Source of the DNA: the human T2T-CHM13v2.0 reference genome, Homo sapiens
Reading direction: 5' to 3' (one strand)
DNA: 64,000 nucleotides
Assembly: GCF_009914755.1 (NCBI RefSeq)
Contig: NC_060931.1
The notes under the pieces: generated by a model
What the model was told of the DNA's origin: nothing
The model's input: only the letters and a program-made list of their open reading frames with translations
Database searches by the model: none
Made by a program: the position numbers and the translations under genes
Shown: positions 31,746-47,351 of the stretch, one piece after another
Position numbering within the stretch: the first letter of the stretch is position 1
Layout: every line of letters starts with the position of its first letter

Positions 31746-32821
31746 GAGGGATTTCTCTTCCTTTTCAGGGTGAATTCTTCAACCTGTGAGCTTGATCCCA
31801 TCCCTTCCCACCTGGACGTGGCTAATCAATTATGCTGTCTCTCGTAGTCTCATAATAGTAGATCCCATTTATTGAGTATCTACTTCATAATAGTAGACCC
31901 CATTTATTGAGTATCTACTATGTCCTGACCATAATGTTCCAAGAACTTTATGTAGATAAATTACTTAATACAAACAACAGTTCCATAAGGTAGGGAAATG
32001 ATTAACTCACTTTTACAATTGAGGAGACCAAAGCTCAGGAGATTGTGAGCCTCCTGAGCTCACAGAGGTGAGATGTCCAACGTCAGCTAATAAGTTAAAA
32101 AGTTACACTTAAGGCCAGCCCTGACTAATTTCATATCTATGCCCCCTCCACTAATCTATTTCCACAGCGCCTCATATACTCCTTTAGTCTCTCCATCAGC
32201 TTCTTCTCCTTAGCCTTGACAAAGGCTCAAGTTGTCCTCATACAAAAATTACCTTCCTTTAAATCGTACCACATCTTGAGCTTTATCACATCTTCCCATC
32301 ACCACAATTTTTTTGCAATACTGGTCTGCACACCATCCATGCATCTCTGCTGCATACAATGCCACACCTCCCATTTGTCCAACTCACAGCCATCTAGTGC
32401 TGCACTTACCAATCTACTGAAATGGATTTCTCCAAGTAAGATCACCAGTGACTTCCTAAATTTTAAGTCCGGTGCTTTCTTTTCAGCTCACATTCTGGTG
32501 TATTTGATCAATTCTAAGACATACGATTTCCAACATTTCTCAAATAGAGGTGTCTTTAAATCAATGGCACTTTGGGTTGATAAAACAAAGGTGTTTATAC
32601 CCCTCTCCAGGGGTGTCTGGAGAAGAGAGAGTCGGCAAAGAGGGCAGCAAAAGAAGAGCCATACTGCATGCTCTGGGGTCCCTCTAGGTGAGGCCTGGGC
32701 GCCCCAGTTCCCTATTTGTCCTTGGCACCAGGTGCCCCCAGCTCCTTTCCTCAGGGCCCCAAGGGGAAACTGGAGCCCAGGATTGGCAGCGTGGAATAAG
32801 GGGACCCCACTGGACTCTTAC

Positions 32822-32902
32822 CAAAGATTTGATGGTGTTATTCAGTTGACTGATTTTTATGGACCTCGAGTCCAGGACTACTGCTAGTTCTTGGCATGGG
32901 CT
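32822..32902 (-). pseudogene. GOLGA8-like exon 4
   Basis: cctcag|AGC; [27 protein letters not shown]; TTG|GTAAGA; 81 nt. Confidence 0.9.
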
Positions 32903-33084
32903 CTGAGGTGCATGCAGAGACGAGGAGGTGGAGGAGGAGTGGGGGAGAGGTAGAGAGAACAATCATTAAGGCTGGGGTGTGTGTGGGCTGTCTCAGCTGG
33001 CAGAGGGGCATGCGGTGTCCACTGTGGGAGGAGGTTGGAGGGCTGGCCTGCAGGGTCACTGCACCTCTCCCCAGAGCCTCTTAC

Positions 33085-33144
33085 CTCCAGATCCTTCAGG
33101 GTAGCAGATGATGTAGGGCCCTCCCCGTGGATACCTGTTGCTGA
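33085..33144 (-). pseudogene. GOLGA8-like exon 3
   Basis: ctctggtag|TCA; SATGIHGEGPTSSATLKDLE; GAG|GTAAGA; 60 nt. Confidence 0.9.
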
Positions 33145-33601
33145 CTACCAGAGATGAGAATGCACATGGAGATGTTCTGTCCCCCTCAGTGTCTAAGCCC
33201 TCTGACTTCCTTTCTTCCCCATCAACTGGCTACATTTTCTTTTCTGCCTATCTTGGACGCTTTGTCCCATAACTCCTTTGTGCCGACTTCTCTCATGGTT
33301 CTTATCCCCCCACCATCCCACCCTGAGGCCCTTTCAGTGACTCTTGATGGCAAGTGGCTGTTCTCATTGTCCTGGCTTCCCCTTGAGACTGGGGATGAGG
33401 AAAATCAAAGAGCAATGACCATATCCTGGGTGTCCTGGGTGTTTACAGCAGGCCATGTACTAGGGATTAACATAAAAACAACAATAAAAAAATCTCATTT
33501 AAACTTCACAAATGGAAGTCAAACAATACCACCTCTATTATGCAGATGTAATAAGAGAGGCCCAAAGAGCTCAAGCAACTTGCCCTAAATCATATCCCTA
33601 G

Positions 33602-33933
<332 letters not shown>

Positions 33934-34043
33934 AAACCCAGAATTCTTAACCAGTACCCAACAGTCCATCCATAATCTTAAAAATTACCGTCTACTGTGC
34001 CTTGGGCCCCCTGTCCCCAGAAGCCTGGCCTGCCAAGACTCAC

Positions 34044-34163
34044 ATCCTCAGGTGAGTGGCAACCACCAGAAGTGGCTGTTTCAGGGCTACTGCCACTCGT
34101 TTTCCTGTTCCTCTTCACTCCTGCTGGAACACCAAGGCTGTTTCTCTGCCAATATTCTTTTAA
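34044..34163 (-). pseudogene. GOLGA2/6/8-like exon 2
   Basis: cccacag|TTA; LKEYWQRNSLGVPAGVKRNRKTSGSSPETATSGGCHSPED; GAT|GTGAGT; 120 nt. Confidence 0.93.
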
Positions 34164-35837
34164 CTGTGGGAAAGAAGAGCAGTAACACTCATGAGAACTA
34201 TCAGCCCCTACAGCCACATCCTTCTTTAGTTTTTACAAAATACTCTTATACACCATCTGATTTAATGACACCAACAACTGTATAAGGTGTTGTCACAATC
34301 ATTTAGTGACTGAGAGGGATTGATATCATGGCTATGAAAAAAAAGAAAAAGGCGATACTGGAACTTTGAAACTCAGTCTTCTGACTCTGGGGTTTTGCCA
34401 AGAATCAGCAGCTACCAGGGACCAAAACCAGAGGCAGAGGTTGAAAAGTAAACATTAAATAGGCAGGAACTGTTTGCTGTGTGGTTTAGAGTCATACATC
34501 CTCACACGTCTGTTAGTGTGAAGAAGTGCACCAGTACCTCAAACTTTTATATCAATGTGTCCTCATGGCAGAAGGCAGCCTTTCTGTTAAATCTGGGAGT
34601 TTATCAGAAAGAGGACAACCCAAGCCTCATTTCAGAGAGAAATCTGGTATACTTTTAGAAACCTACGTGACTGTCATCCCTAAGTACATTAATGTTTTTT
34701 CTCTTGATCTCAAGAGAATCAAGGGAAACTGATGCTTCAGAAAGATGTCCCACATTTATCCTGTGGCACTCAAAGTACCCCAGGTTGAGATAATATGAGG
34801 AAGATTCAAGCTGTCAAGTTCAGTTTCCCAAGATCTATTCCACAGAAGATGAGCAAATCTCACTTCAGAGACCACTGACTGAAGGGCAGTCTGGTCCCAG
34901 AACCATGGAAAATTAGAATATGAGGTGGAGAACTCAGAAAAAATGTTAAAATCTGTCTGGAAAGTAGAAGCCTGGAAGAAAACCAAACCAAACCCATTCT
35001 CTCATTGCCACCCAGAGATATTGTCAATGTTTTGAGCTCATGGGGGAAGTGTAGGCTTTTCCCACTGTCAATGTCTATGTTAAGGGAGTAAGGCAGCCTG
35101 AAACCTCTTGCTCCTAGGTCCCATAGTCTCCATTCTTCTTCCAGCTGGAAATTTGTGCTGTGACCAGAGGAACCAGAAATAGGGTGACAATGCTTAGGGG
35201 ACTGGGTTGTAAGATCAAAGGCCAGTATTGCAGTAATGACAGTTCCTAGGCCGATTGTGATATCACTACATTCCACTCCTCCTGGTTGTGGGGAGGGACC
35301 ACATCAGCGCATTGTCTGAGTCACCGCTCCATGATGGGGGAGGGAAACACAGGGTTGGGACCCAGGTCCTTGGAGACGCCAGCGCAAAGAGCCCAGGGAG
35401 GTTGACCTTGAGGCTTCAGGAGGGGAGGGTAGAGTCTGCAGCAGGGAGCCCCAGGAGTCACCAGCCCAAAGTCACCCAGGGACAACTGGTGAAGGTGGGG
35501 CCTGGGGCTGGGGGACCAAAGTCCTTGGAGACATGAGCCCAAAGAGCCCAGGGAGGTCGAGTTTGGGGTAGCAGGAGGTGAGGGCCCAGTAATGGAGTGG
35601 GAAACCCCGGGAGTCACCCACCCAAAGTCACCCTGGGGAGATTGGCAAGGGCAGGGACTGGGCTGCTTGCTGAAGGGGTGGGGCTGACTGACGAGACTTT
35701 GGTGGAGGAATCCAGAGGCACCAGGGTTGCGGGGCCCAGTCCAGTGTGCCTCAGGAGTGGTATGGACTCTGGCACTGGTCTTGTCATCAAGGGGATCTGT
35801 GGCCGGGTTGGGGGGCCCTGATCTGGTGCATTTTTAC

Positions 35838-35921
35838 CTTTTCCTTGGCTATGGCCAATTTGCTTTGTCGAGTTTCTTCTGCCATTGCAGGGTGGGGAGG
35901 GAGGCAGGGTTGGGGCCACAT
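35838..35921 (-). pseudogene. GOLGA2/6/8-like exon 1 (partial unprocessed copy)
   Basis: MWPQPCLPPHPAMAEETRQSKLAIAKEK, AAG|GTAAAA donor; 84 nt. Confidence 0.93.
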
Positions 35922-36239
35922 CAGCAAAATCCCAGCGAGCACTGATCAACGCCTCCAGTCATCTACCAGGCAGCTGTGCAACTAAGCCAGAGGAGGCGTA
36001 ACCAGGGCCCCAGTAGAATGCAGAATAGGGGTGTGGCCTTAATACTCCAAGCCCATTGGTCAATAAGAAAGATGAAAGGGAAAGGGGGCTTGGCCAGGCA
36101 GCAGTGTGTCCAGGGGGACCTGTGGCTCACAAGGAAAGCTGCCCATGCAACCACTGTCCCTGCCCACTCTGGGAGAGGGGAGGGGCCAGCTTTTGCTTTA
36201 AAAGCTTTAAAACTTTAAAAAATACATGTGTGTGTACTT

Positions 36240-36245
<6 letters not shown>

Positions 36246-36277
<32 letters not shown>

Positions 36278-36297
36278 TGTGTATGTGTATCTGTGTG
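36246..36297. repeat. (TG)n microsatellite upstream of GOLGA-like exon 1
   Basis: Seen directly. Confidence 0.93.
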
Positions 36298-36571
36298 TTC
36301 CTCCAGAGCTGTCTTCATTACCCAGCTTCTATGCAAGGTCTATGATTTTGGTCTATATTTTTCATCTTCAAATACAGTACAAAAATGACCAGTATTACCT
36401 TAACTGAGATACAGTTCCTATAAAAATGGAAAATCTATAGCATGCTTGATGATTAATGAAGCAGACTATATTATCCAACATTCTAATAAGATAAAATAAT
36501 CCCAATGATTTCTCTTTTTTGGAAAAACATTTCTCTTATTCTCCTATGTTATTGTTAAGATTTTTTTCTTA

Positions 36572-36922
<351 letters not shown>

Positions 36923-38141
36923 TTAAAAGCTTTCAATTTAATAAGCACTCAAAGCTCTTTACCAATTTAAAACAAATACAAGGCCCATTTTTCTAGAATC
37001 ACCTGGTTTCTCTAAGCCTTGCAAATGAAACTGAATTTCTCACTTGATACTTGGCTATGACTTGCAATCATGAAAACCAAGAATTGTGTTATGTCACTTT
37101 GTGCTGCTTGTTACCTGAATTTCACACGAGGCTAGGATCAAGGGTTGAATCTTTCATGATTTGCTCCATAACCTCTGTGCTTCTTATCCCATACCAAACT
37201 AAGCTTTTGTCTAGAGTTCTACAATTTACAGTTAGTAGACAAGAGTGGATCTCAGTAATGTAGTCTCTGGACTGGCAGCACCAGCATCACCTGAGAACTT
37301 TTTATAAGTGCAAATTCTCAGGCCCTACCCTGGACCTGGTGAATCAGAAACTCTGGAGTAGGGCTCAGCAATCTGTGCTGCAGTAATCCCTCCAGGTGTT
37401 CAGGAACCTCTGGCATACAGCAGGTAGAAAAATATGTTTCCTTCTGTACTTCCAAAGCCAGGGATATTATATGTTCTGTCTTGATATGAAACAATGACAT
37501 GCAATTAAAACACATAACTCTCCTTCCTACTCCCACCCTCCATCCAATGTGTTTTATTTTTATGAATTCAATAAGAAAACAACTGGCAATCAGAAGTTTA
37601 GTCTAAAAAGTATATTTACAAGTATTAGTTCTCATCCAGCTTGATCTCATACAAAGTCATTTACATCCTCTTACAGCTAAAGTTTTAAAAAAGTATCTTC
37701 ACAAAGTAAGTCTCAGGCACACTAGGGGTTCTATCATAAAACACCAAGTAGATCAGAATGTCCAAACTTACTAGAGAAGAAAAGTGGAATTATTGGCTAT
37801 ATTTTCAAATTGCATTCAAAGGAAATTTAAGTTCTGAATTTTTTTCACCTTCATACTTCCAAGTTAATAGAATTCAACCAGAACACTCCATTCCTTCAAA
37901 GCCTCTAGCCAGACAAAGTTTTACTGTATTACTTCTTGCTTTCCATGGATATGAAGCAGAGTCCTGGTAGGCACATTTTGCATACCTGCAAAGATGCAGA
38001 ACTAAACAGTTCCATCTGTTCCATATTAAAACAAAAGTCCTGTGAACCTTGGATGGTGAGTGTAATACTTCAGCACTAGCACCAAAGCCTCAAATATGAA
38101 AAGATACCAAGAACACCACTAGCAAACAAAACTAAATTCTT

Positions 38142-38415
38142 GACCAGGAGCAGGAGCTCACACCTGTAATCCCAGGACTTTGACAAGCCAAGGTGGGAGG
38201 ATTACTTGAAGTCAGGAGTTCAAGAAAAGCCTCGGAAGCTTAGTGAGTTCACATCTCCACAAAAAATTTTAAAAAACAGCTGGGCATGGTGGCACACACC
38301 TGTAGTCCTAGCTACTTGGCAGGCTGAGGTGGGAAAATTGCTTCTGCCCAGGAGTTCAAGGCTGCAGTAGCTATGATGATGGCACTGCATTCCAGCCTGG
38401 GTGACAGAGCAAGAC
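38142..38415 (+). mobile_element. AluJ-like
   Basis: Degenerate Alu dimer. Confidence 0.85.
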
Positions 38416-38520
38416 CTAGATAATTACATTCTCTCCTGCTCCTGTTTACACTAAAATCACTAAGTTAAAATGCTTTCAAATTTGACCAAATAAAAATTGG
38501 TGAAATGTGACTTTGGGGTT

Positions 38521-38770
38521 TGGAGGGAGAAGGAAGGAAGGGAGGGAGGGAAGGAAGGAGGGAGGGAGGGAAGGAAGGAGGGAGGGAGGAAAGGAAGGAA
38601 GGAAGGAAAAAAAAGAAAGGAAAGGAAAGTAAGAAGGAAGGAAAAGGAAAGAAAGGAAGGAAAGGAAGGAAAGAAAGGAAAGAAAAAAGAAAAGATAGGA
38701 AAGGAAAAGAAAAGAAAGGAAAGGAAAGGGAAGGAAAGGGAAGGGTAGGAAGAAAGAAAAGAAAAAATAA
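38521..38770. repeat. Polypurine (GGAA/GAAA)n low-complexity tract
   Basis: About 250 nt almost purely A/G. Confidence 0.95.
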
Positions 38771-41627
38771 AATGAAATGATAAATTACTTACTGGGAGAA
38801 AGTTGTTGTAACCTCAATAACAAATAAAAGGTTTGTATTCTTAGCCTGTAAAGAAATCTTTTAAATTACTCAGAAAAATACAAATGATTTTCAACAGAAA
38901 ATGGGCAACGGAGAAACAGGCATTTCTCACAAAAATAAAAATGGCCAATAGGTATATAAAAAAGATTCAAAAGCACTGGAAATCAAGGAAATGTCATGAA
39001 AACAATGATATTTTCTGTACAAAGGCAGCAAAGATGATGAATGGAAGGGGGAACCTGGAGCTCTGTCCCTGTTGGTGGGAGTATAAACTGAGCCACTTTT
39101 CCTGGAGGATAATTTGAAAATTTCTATTAAAGACTCTAAAACTTATTGCCCTCCAGAAATTCTACTTCTATGAATTCAGTCCAAAAATGCTTGCTCGAGT
39201 CCATTAAAATCTATATGTAAGAAAATTCACCTCTGGGGTGGCAATGATTAACTTAATATACATCCAGCTATTAAAAATGATGATGCCAGAATATATTTAC
39301 TGCCACAGAAATATGCCCAAAATATAGTAAGTGACAGAAGACTATCTATTGTGATTCCACTTTTTAAAATGTTTACATGCATAAAAAAGTATAAAAAGCA
39401 ACAAACCAGAATGTTTTGAGTGGCAAATTAAAGATTTTTCTTAATATTTGTCATCTAAATTATTACAAAAAGAATGTGATTTCCTTTATAATCAGAGAGA
39501 AGTGTTATTTTCATTTATTTATATTTAAATCTCTTTTCTTTTTCTTATTTTTTTCTCCCGTATGTATCCCATGAAGGCTAGCATCCCTGCCTCTTGAAAG
39601 AAACCAGCCCATTTTTGGGAAGTGCTCTACATAAAGCTGCCCCATCTTCCTTTCATTTCAAGAGATCTGGAAACATTTTTATTTCAAATTGTTTTATCGT
39701 TCTTAGAATATATATTTTTTAATATATGAAATTGAGGAAAAGACAAAGGAAAAGCTGACTCCCTACCCTACTGGGGCTACTCTTCCAATTTTTCCTGCTA
39801 TTGTTATGTATTAATATTCACTGGGTACTAAAAAGATGGGCAGCCCCTTAGATCCTTTTTTCTTATCTCTTTCTCATAATCCTACTTCATTCCTTCATTC
39901 ACTTATTTTTAAAAGGGTCATGTGTACAAATACATAGTTCAGAAAAATTTTAAATATAACTATAAAAGTATACGGCAAAATCCCATTCACAGTCTTATTC
40001 TCCTTCCACAGCCAAACACTTTTAATTGGCTTCTTATATATCTTTTCAGAATTTATCTTTGCAAATACACATGTATATTCTTACTCTACTCTTCTCTCTC
40101 AACACAAAAAGTAGCATACCATACATAGGATACCATTCCTTCTTCTTTTTAAAAAACACGCACAATATATCTGAGTTCTTCTACATGAGTACAGAGGTCT
40201 TTCTCATTCTTCTTTTCAACTGCACAGTATGCATCATTTGGATGTACCACAGTTTACTTAACCTCAACCAGTTCCCTGTTGGCAGACACTGAAATCATCC
40301 CTATCATACTATTACAAACAATAATGACAAGCATAACCACCTACACACACCAAGTTCATTTCTGAATCTGCCTTTGATGAAGCCTCTGTTTGAATCACCA
40401 TAAGGTCACAAGGCTGAAAAGTTAGCCCCTTTTTTAGTTTTCATTATGTACAGCAGTATGTAGCAAAAGACTCCTCAGGCAAAGCAAACCTACTCTTTGG
40501 GGATTTACTTCACAACAATAAATGGATAAACAGAACACCAAGGAGAACCATTTCTATTTAACCATGCATACGTATTTATACAATACATGCATATGCATAG
40601 AAAGTATAAAATAAATAAATCCATCAAAGCATTAAGCATTGTCTCAGTATGGTGGATCTATGGAGTGCTTTGTAGACCACCCTCCTTGCCTGTCAATTCT
40701 TTCTAATTTCACAACAGTAAATATGTACAACTTCTGCAATATAAAATTTCAAAAAATGTTAAATTAAGCTGCATATATTCCTTCAGTCTGTCCTATATTT
40801 GTATGGCGCTCCATATCACTTCATTATTATTGTATGGTGCTCAAATATCACTTCATTAACAAAAATTTATTTATTTATTTTTCAAATATAGAGATGGCAG
40901 GGTCTTGCTCTGTTGACCAGGCTGGTCTCGAACTCCTAGATCATCCTGGATCCTCCTACTTCCACCTCCCAAAGTGCTGGTATTACAAGTGTGAGACATC
41001 ATGCCTGGCCGGCTTCATTTCAGAAATCTTTCCCCAGCACTCCATATATTACGAATAATTCCTTTCTTCTTCTTTAGATAGCATTGTAGTCATATCTCTA
41101 TTACCTCACTTGTCACATGATAATCAGTTGCTCACCCATCCATCTCCCTTGATTGCTCATGAGTTCCTTGAGAAGAGTCTGATTTTCAGCACCTTGATCA
41201 ATGTGTGACACATACATGCTTCATGCGCAGAGAAGGAAATGATTTCACTACAGTGTAATTATTCTCAGAATTCAATACCTGTATTTCTAAATTGTTCTAG
41301 ATACTCTGCCAACAACCTGAGAATGTTATGGTTTTTCCCTAAAACTTCCATAAATTACTGAGTGTCTACGGTCATAGTTGACTCAATTGTGACGTGACCT
41401 CTCACCAAGCCCATTCATAGTTTTTTTTTTTTTTTGGTGATTTTTAATTTTAATTTTTGATTTTGATTGTTTCCTTTTTGTTTTCTAAATCTAGCAGTGT
41501 TTGGTAAACTTCAACATCTCTATATCCCTGTGTCTTTGCACCTGCTGGTCTCTGCTTGGAATAATGTCTCAAGGTTTTATTCACCTGGAAAACATTTCTA
41601 CTCATCTTTAAAGAATCAGCTTAAATA

Positions 41628-41922
41628 GGCCTGGCATTGTGGCTCATGCCTGTAATCCCAGCACTTTGGGAGGCCAAAGCAGGTGGATCACCTGAGGTCA
41701 GAGTTCAAGACTAGCCTGCCCAACATGGTGAAACCCCATCTCTACTAAAAATACAAAAAATAGTTGGGCATGGTGGCAGATGCCTGTAATCTCAGCCACC
41801 CGGGAGGCTGAGGCAGGAGAATTGCTTGAACTGCAGAGGTTGCAGTGAGCTGAGATCATGCCCCTGCACTCCAGACTGGGTGACAGAGCGAGATGTCATC
41901 TTAAAAAAAAAAAAAAAAAAAA
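41628..41922 (+). mobile_element. AluS-like
   Basis: Alu dimer with poly-A. Confidence 0.9.
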
Positions 41923-44178
41923 CCTTAAATAATACCTTCTCTGAGAAGCCTTTATATCTTCCTGTTCTTTCAGGAAGAGTTGAAAATTCCTCAACTTTTG
42001 AAACATTTGTGCCTCTATTACTATGTATCAGGCACTGAACTGAATGCCTAGGGATAGAAAGATGAGACTGTAGACCCTGCCCTCATGAGCTCATGGTCTA
42101 GTATGGAAAACAGCCATATGAACAAATAACCACACTATAGGTCTTCAGAGCTCAAATCCTATCCTAAATACTGCTAAATTAATGTTCTGTGGGGTTTTGA
42201 AAGTACTAGGGCCAGAGACAATATGGCTGCTTGGATGACTTTCCATCAAAGTTAACATTCAGCCTTCACCACCAAAGGTGGTGTGTGTATGCCTCTTCCT
42301 TGCAACCCACCAGGGCCTAACACATCATATCACCACTTCTGAAATTAGGAAACAGGCTCAGAAGTCCAAGAGCTTGACCAAAGTAACTCAGCTGGTATGT
42401 AGCAGAACCAGGTCAGTATGATTCTTCTTCAGTATCTTGCCAGTAAAATGGGCAAGTGGCCTCAAAATCAACAAAAGACAAGTAGAGGTTGATATGCGTC
42501 AATGGAGAGAGGCTCAAAAGGAAGAGTTTATACACAAGAACAGAACAGAAATGTTCTGGAAGTATGTCTGGGGATGTGAAGTAGGAGGGGGCACACCAGG
42601 TTTCACCTTGGTCAAGTGAATCTATAATTTCAATCTGGGCCTCACCCCCTGAGCTCCAGACTTAGCTATCTGTCTTTCTTACTCAAATATAAAATCCACG
42701 GGGCAGGACCTTAATCTCTAGTTTGTTCATCACAGATTAAAGCAGAGCCTGGCTTATAATAAGTACTTAATAAATACATTAATGAATAAATAAACTATCA
42801 AAGAAGCTAAAGAAACATTCTACATTCTTGGGGAAAGAGATTACCATGAAACAGGCCCTAGCAGTCACTTACAAATACAGTTGACCCTCATTATTTGCGA
42901 ATCCCATATTTGCAAATTTGCTTACTTGCTAAAAGTGTCTTTGTAATCCCCAAATTAATACTTGTGGAGCTTTCAAGGTGGCTCCTGGATAGACACACAG
43001 TAGTGAAAACTCTGTCACTCTTTGCACACGTCCCAAGCTAAGGTCAAAAAAGGTGACCCTTCGTCTTCTTGTTTCAGCTCTCATACAAAGATGACCTGAG
43101 GACAGAGACAGTAGAGGACAGTGCAGGGTAGTGCAAGAAGCTGTGGCTCTGGGGTCTGGTCAAGATGCCCCTTTCTTCTGTTAGGAAGCTTTCCCACTCC
43201 TCTGCCTGCTTTCGCATCTCTTCCAAAATACAAGTGATTGCATGTGACTCCCTTGTTAGAGCAGGCTCTCAATAAATAGGCTTTGCTTGATTTCATTTGG
43301 TTCATCTTCATTTATTTCCACAATAGAAAAAGTACCTTTAAACTGGATGCCAGATACTGTTCCCAGAATCAAAGGAGGAAAAACGTCAAATACTTGGTGA
43401 AGGTTCTCTGATGGGCATAACTAAGTTTAGCCTTACTTTGGGTTTTTCGAATTTGGCCCTCTTCGATTCCATGGGCCATGTGAGGGAAACACACAGCTCT
43501 CCCTGACAGGCGGGCCTTCTCCTGGCCTCCCTCCCTAGACCCTGAACAGTGCAGCAGAGCCTGGCAATGTGCAGGAATCCCTTTCCCAGAGTGGGACTTT
43601 AATTTAGAATAATGTCACTGAGGAGCTCCAACAGAGGAGTCCAGGCTGGGCACAGGCACCCCAGGGTGGGGCCCTTGCAGCTCTCCCACACAAGGCAAAG
43701 CGAAGTCACAGCCCTTCCCTTTGCAGACAGCCTCCCAGTCCCACGAGGATAACCCTTGGGCAGAAGCCCACACATAGAGCTCACATGGACAAACAACGCT
43801 CAGGGATGGTGCAGCGGGAACCTGTGTCAACAAAGAGGAACATTTTCCTAAAGTAGCATAATTGGAAATAAGGTTCCTTTGCCGTAAAAAAACCTCACTC
43901 TTCCCACATGATTGGAAGAATCATCCTCTTTCCTGTACCTCACTATGCAGAATTTTACTTGCACTTTGCTCTTCCTCCACTTCCTGACCCTGCCTGGGGT
44001 CTTCCTGTCCACCATTTTGGAGTCCTTGTTGGCACCCTCCAAACCACCTAATCCTCACCTTGTGCCTCGCTGACCACACGGAGAATGAGGAGGAGCTTGG
44101 AAAGCTGGTTTTTATTTGCAGTTCATATTCTTAAACACTGCTGTGTCTTCTCACAAGTCCGGATTAAGAAGAAAGTGA

Positions 44179-45630
<1,452 letters not shown>

Positions 45631-45838
45631 AAATAGAGGTGTTGCTTTTCTTTTATTCCCTTGTTCTTGACCCTCCTCTGGATGGAGATTCTGACAGTAC
45701 CTCAGGTAGTGTTGTTAGGGTAAAAATAATCAATGTTCAGTTTTTAAATGTAATTATATTATTTTACTTCTGAAATATACCTTCAAAACTAAAGGAAGGT
45801 ATGAGGAGAACAGAGCTCTGAGTTTTTGCTAAGACAAT

Positions 45839-46251
45839 TGTTGGGAAAAAGCTGAGTGTCGGGAGAAACTGAGGCAGGGCTTCCATGTCTGACATGTCCT
45901 CTGGAATGTATCTAGACTTGCTGGCTTTTTGCTTCTAGCCTTCCTAGGCTCCTACTCCCATTATCTCAAGTAGCAGAACATGTTCCATATAAATGCTAAA
46001 CCATTACAGCTGTAAATCATGTGCTTAATGCAATGTGTCCTTTCCACCTCCACATTCTCACCACTTGTTTCTTTGTTGGATTACCAATAAATAGCATGGG
46101 CTCCCAGAGCTCAGGGCCTTCACAGCCTCCACAATGGTGATGGCCCCCTGGTATCCCACCTTTCTCTCTCAAACTGTCTACTTCTCAATCCTTTGACTCC
46201 GTCGGACTTTGTCACCCCCAAGACCTGGTGTTGGGTCTGATCACCCCAACA
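45839..46251 (+). repeat. 5' LTR (LTR14-type)
   Basis: tgttgggaaaaagctgagtg...ctgatcaccccaaca; TATA (catataaat) and AATAAA inside. Confidence 0.92.
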
Positions 46252-46255
46252 TTCC

Positions 46256-46275
46256 TGGCTGCTCAATGTGGGGCG
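46256..46275 (+). promoter_or_regulatory. Degenerate tRNA-Lys primer binding site
   Basis: tggctgctcaatgtggggc just after the 5' LTR, similar to TGGCGCCCAACGTGGGGC. Confidence 0.7.
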
Positions 46276-46400
46276 ACAAAGACCCCACTGAAGGAACGCT
46301 AGAGTGTGTGAAAGCAGAGGATGCATCGTCAAAGGACACCTGAGGATGTCTAAAAGAAGCTCAGTAGGAAAGCTGAGCACTTGGAAGAACCAGGGTAACA

Positions 46401-46945
46401 ATGAGACAAAGTGAAAGCAGACATTCTGCTTATCGAAATTTCTTAAGGCATTTATTATGAAGATGGAGAGTGAAAGTTAGTCCTCAGAATTTGTTATCAC
46501 TCACTCTTCAGTGCAGTAAAGCAGTTTTGCCCATGGTTCCCAGAACAAGGGACTATAGAGTTGGAGGAATGGGAGAGAATTGGCCGAGATTTTTTAAAAA
46601 GCATATAAAGATGGAGCAAAAATTCCAGTCTTGGTTTGGTCAATATGGGCACTAATAAAAGCAACTCTTGAGCCATTTCAAACAGATGATGAGGCAGATT
46701 CAGATGAGGAAGATGAGGACGAGTGTAAAGAACTAAATTCAGATTCTGAATGTGAGGAACAGGAAACGCAGGAAATTAAAGAAAGGGAAAATGAAAAAAG
46801 TATGTTTTACTAGCCCATTGGCTCCACCTGCTGAATTAAGTGAATGGCCACCTCTTCTCTCTTTCCTTAATGGGCGAGAAAATGAATTAGCTACAAAACT
46901 TACCATTCCTGTAGTTGCAACATTAAAACCTGGAGCAATTGGTAG
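46401..46945 (+). pseudogene. Disrupted HERV-K gag (matrix and following acidic region)
   Basis: gtaacaATG start; WSIWALIKATLEPFQTDDE, SPLAPPAELSEWPP; frameshifts and stops. Confidence 0.75.
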
Positions 46946-47029
46946 CACTAAGACCCAGTGGAATCTGAGGCTTGTTTATTCAGAGAGCACCTCAATAAAC
47001 CAAGGCATATCTGGCACAGCCAGTGCCCT

Positions 47030-47180
47030 TACAAATGGCAGCAATTGTCTGCCGCCTTGGTGGGCAGTGCTGCCATGGACCTTTGCAGTGCAGTTTCCAT
47101 TTCTGTCCTTCCTGGGGAGCACCGGAGGGGGTCCCCATGGGAGTTGGGGGACCCTTGCCCTCAGGAACAGTCTATTACTT
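47030..47180 (+). pseudogene. HERV-K dUTPase/pro, N-terminal part (before the L1)
   Basis: QQLSAALVGSAAMDLCSAVSISVLPGE resembles the HERV-K dUTPase motif GSAAVDL. Confidence 0.75.
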
Positions 47181-47351
47181 GAAAGATCTAGAGAGGTTCC
47201 AAGATGGCCAAATAGGAACAGCTCCAACCTACAGCTCCCAGTGTGAGCGATACAGAAGATGGGTGATTTCTGCATTTCCAATGGAGGTACCGGTTTCATC
47301 TCACTGGGGCTTGTTGGACAGTGGGTGCAGCCCACGGAGCAGGGCAGGGCA

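Noticed and set aside
32216-32887. 223-aa ORF on the + strand
   Set aside because: Non-ATG start, runs through L2-like sequence and antisense GOLGA intron/exon, no recognisable domain
38497-38780. K/R/E/G-rich ORFs (also 30455-30751)
   Set aside because: Translations of purine simple repeats
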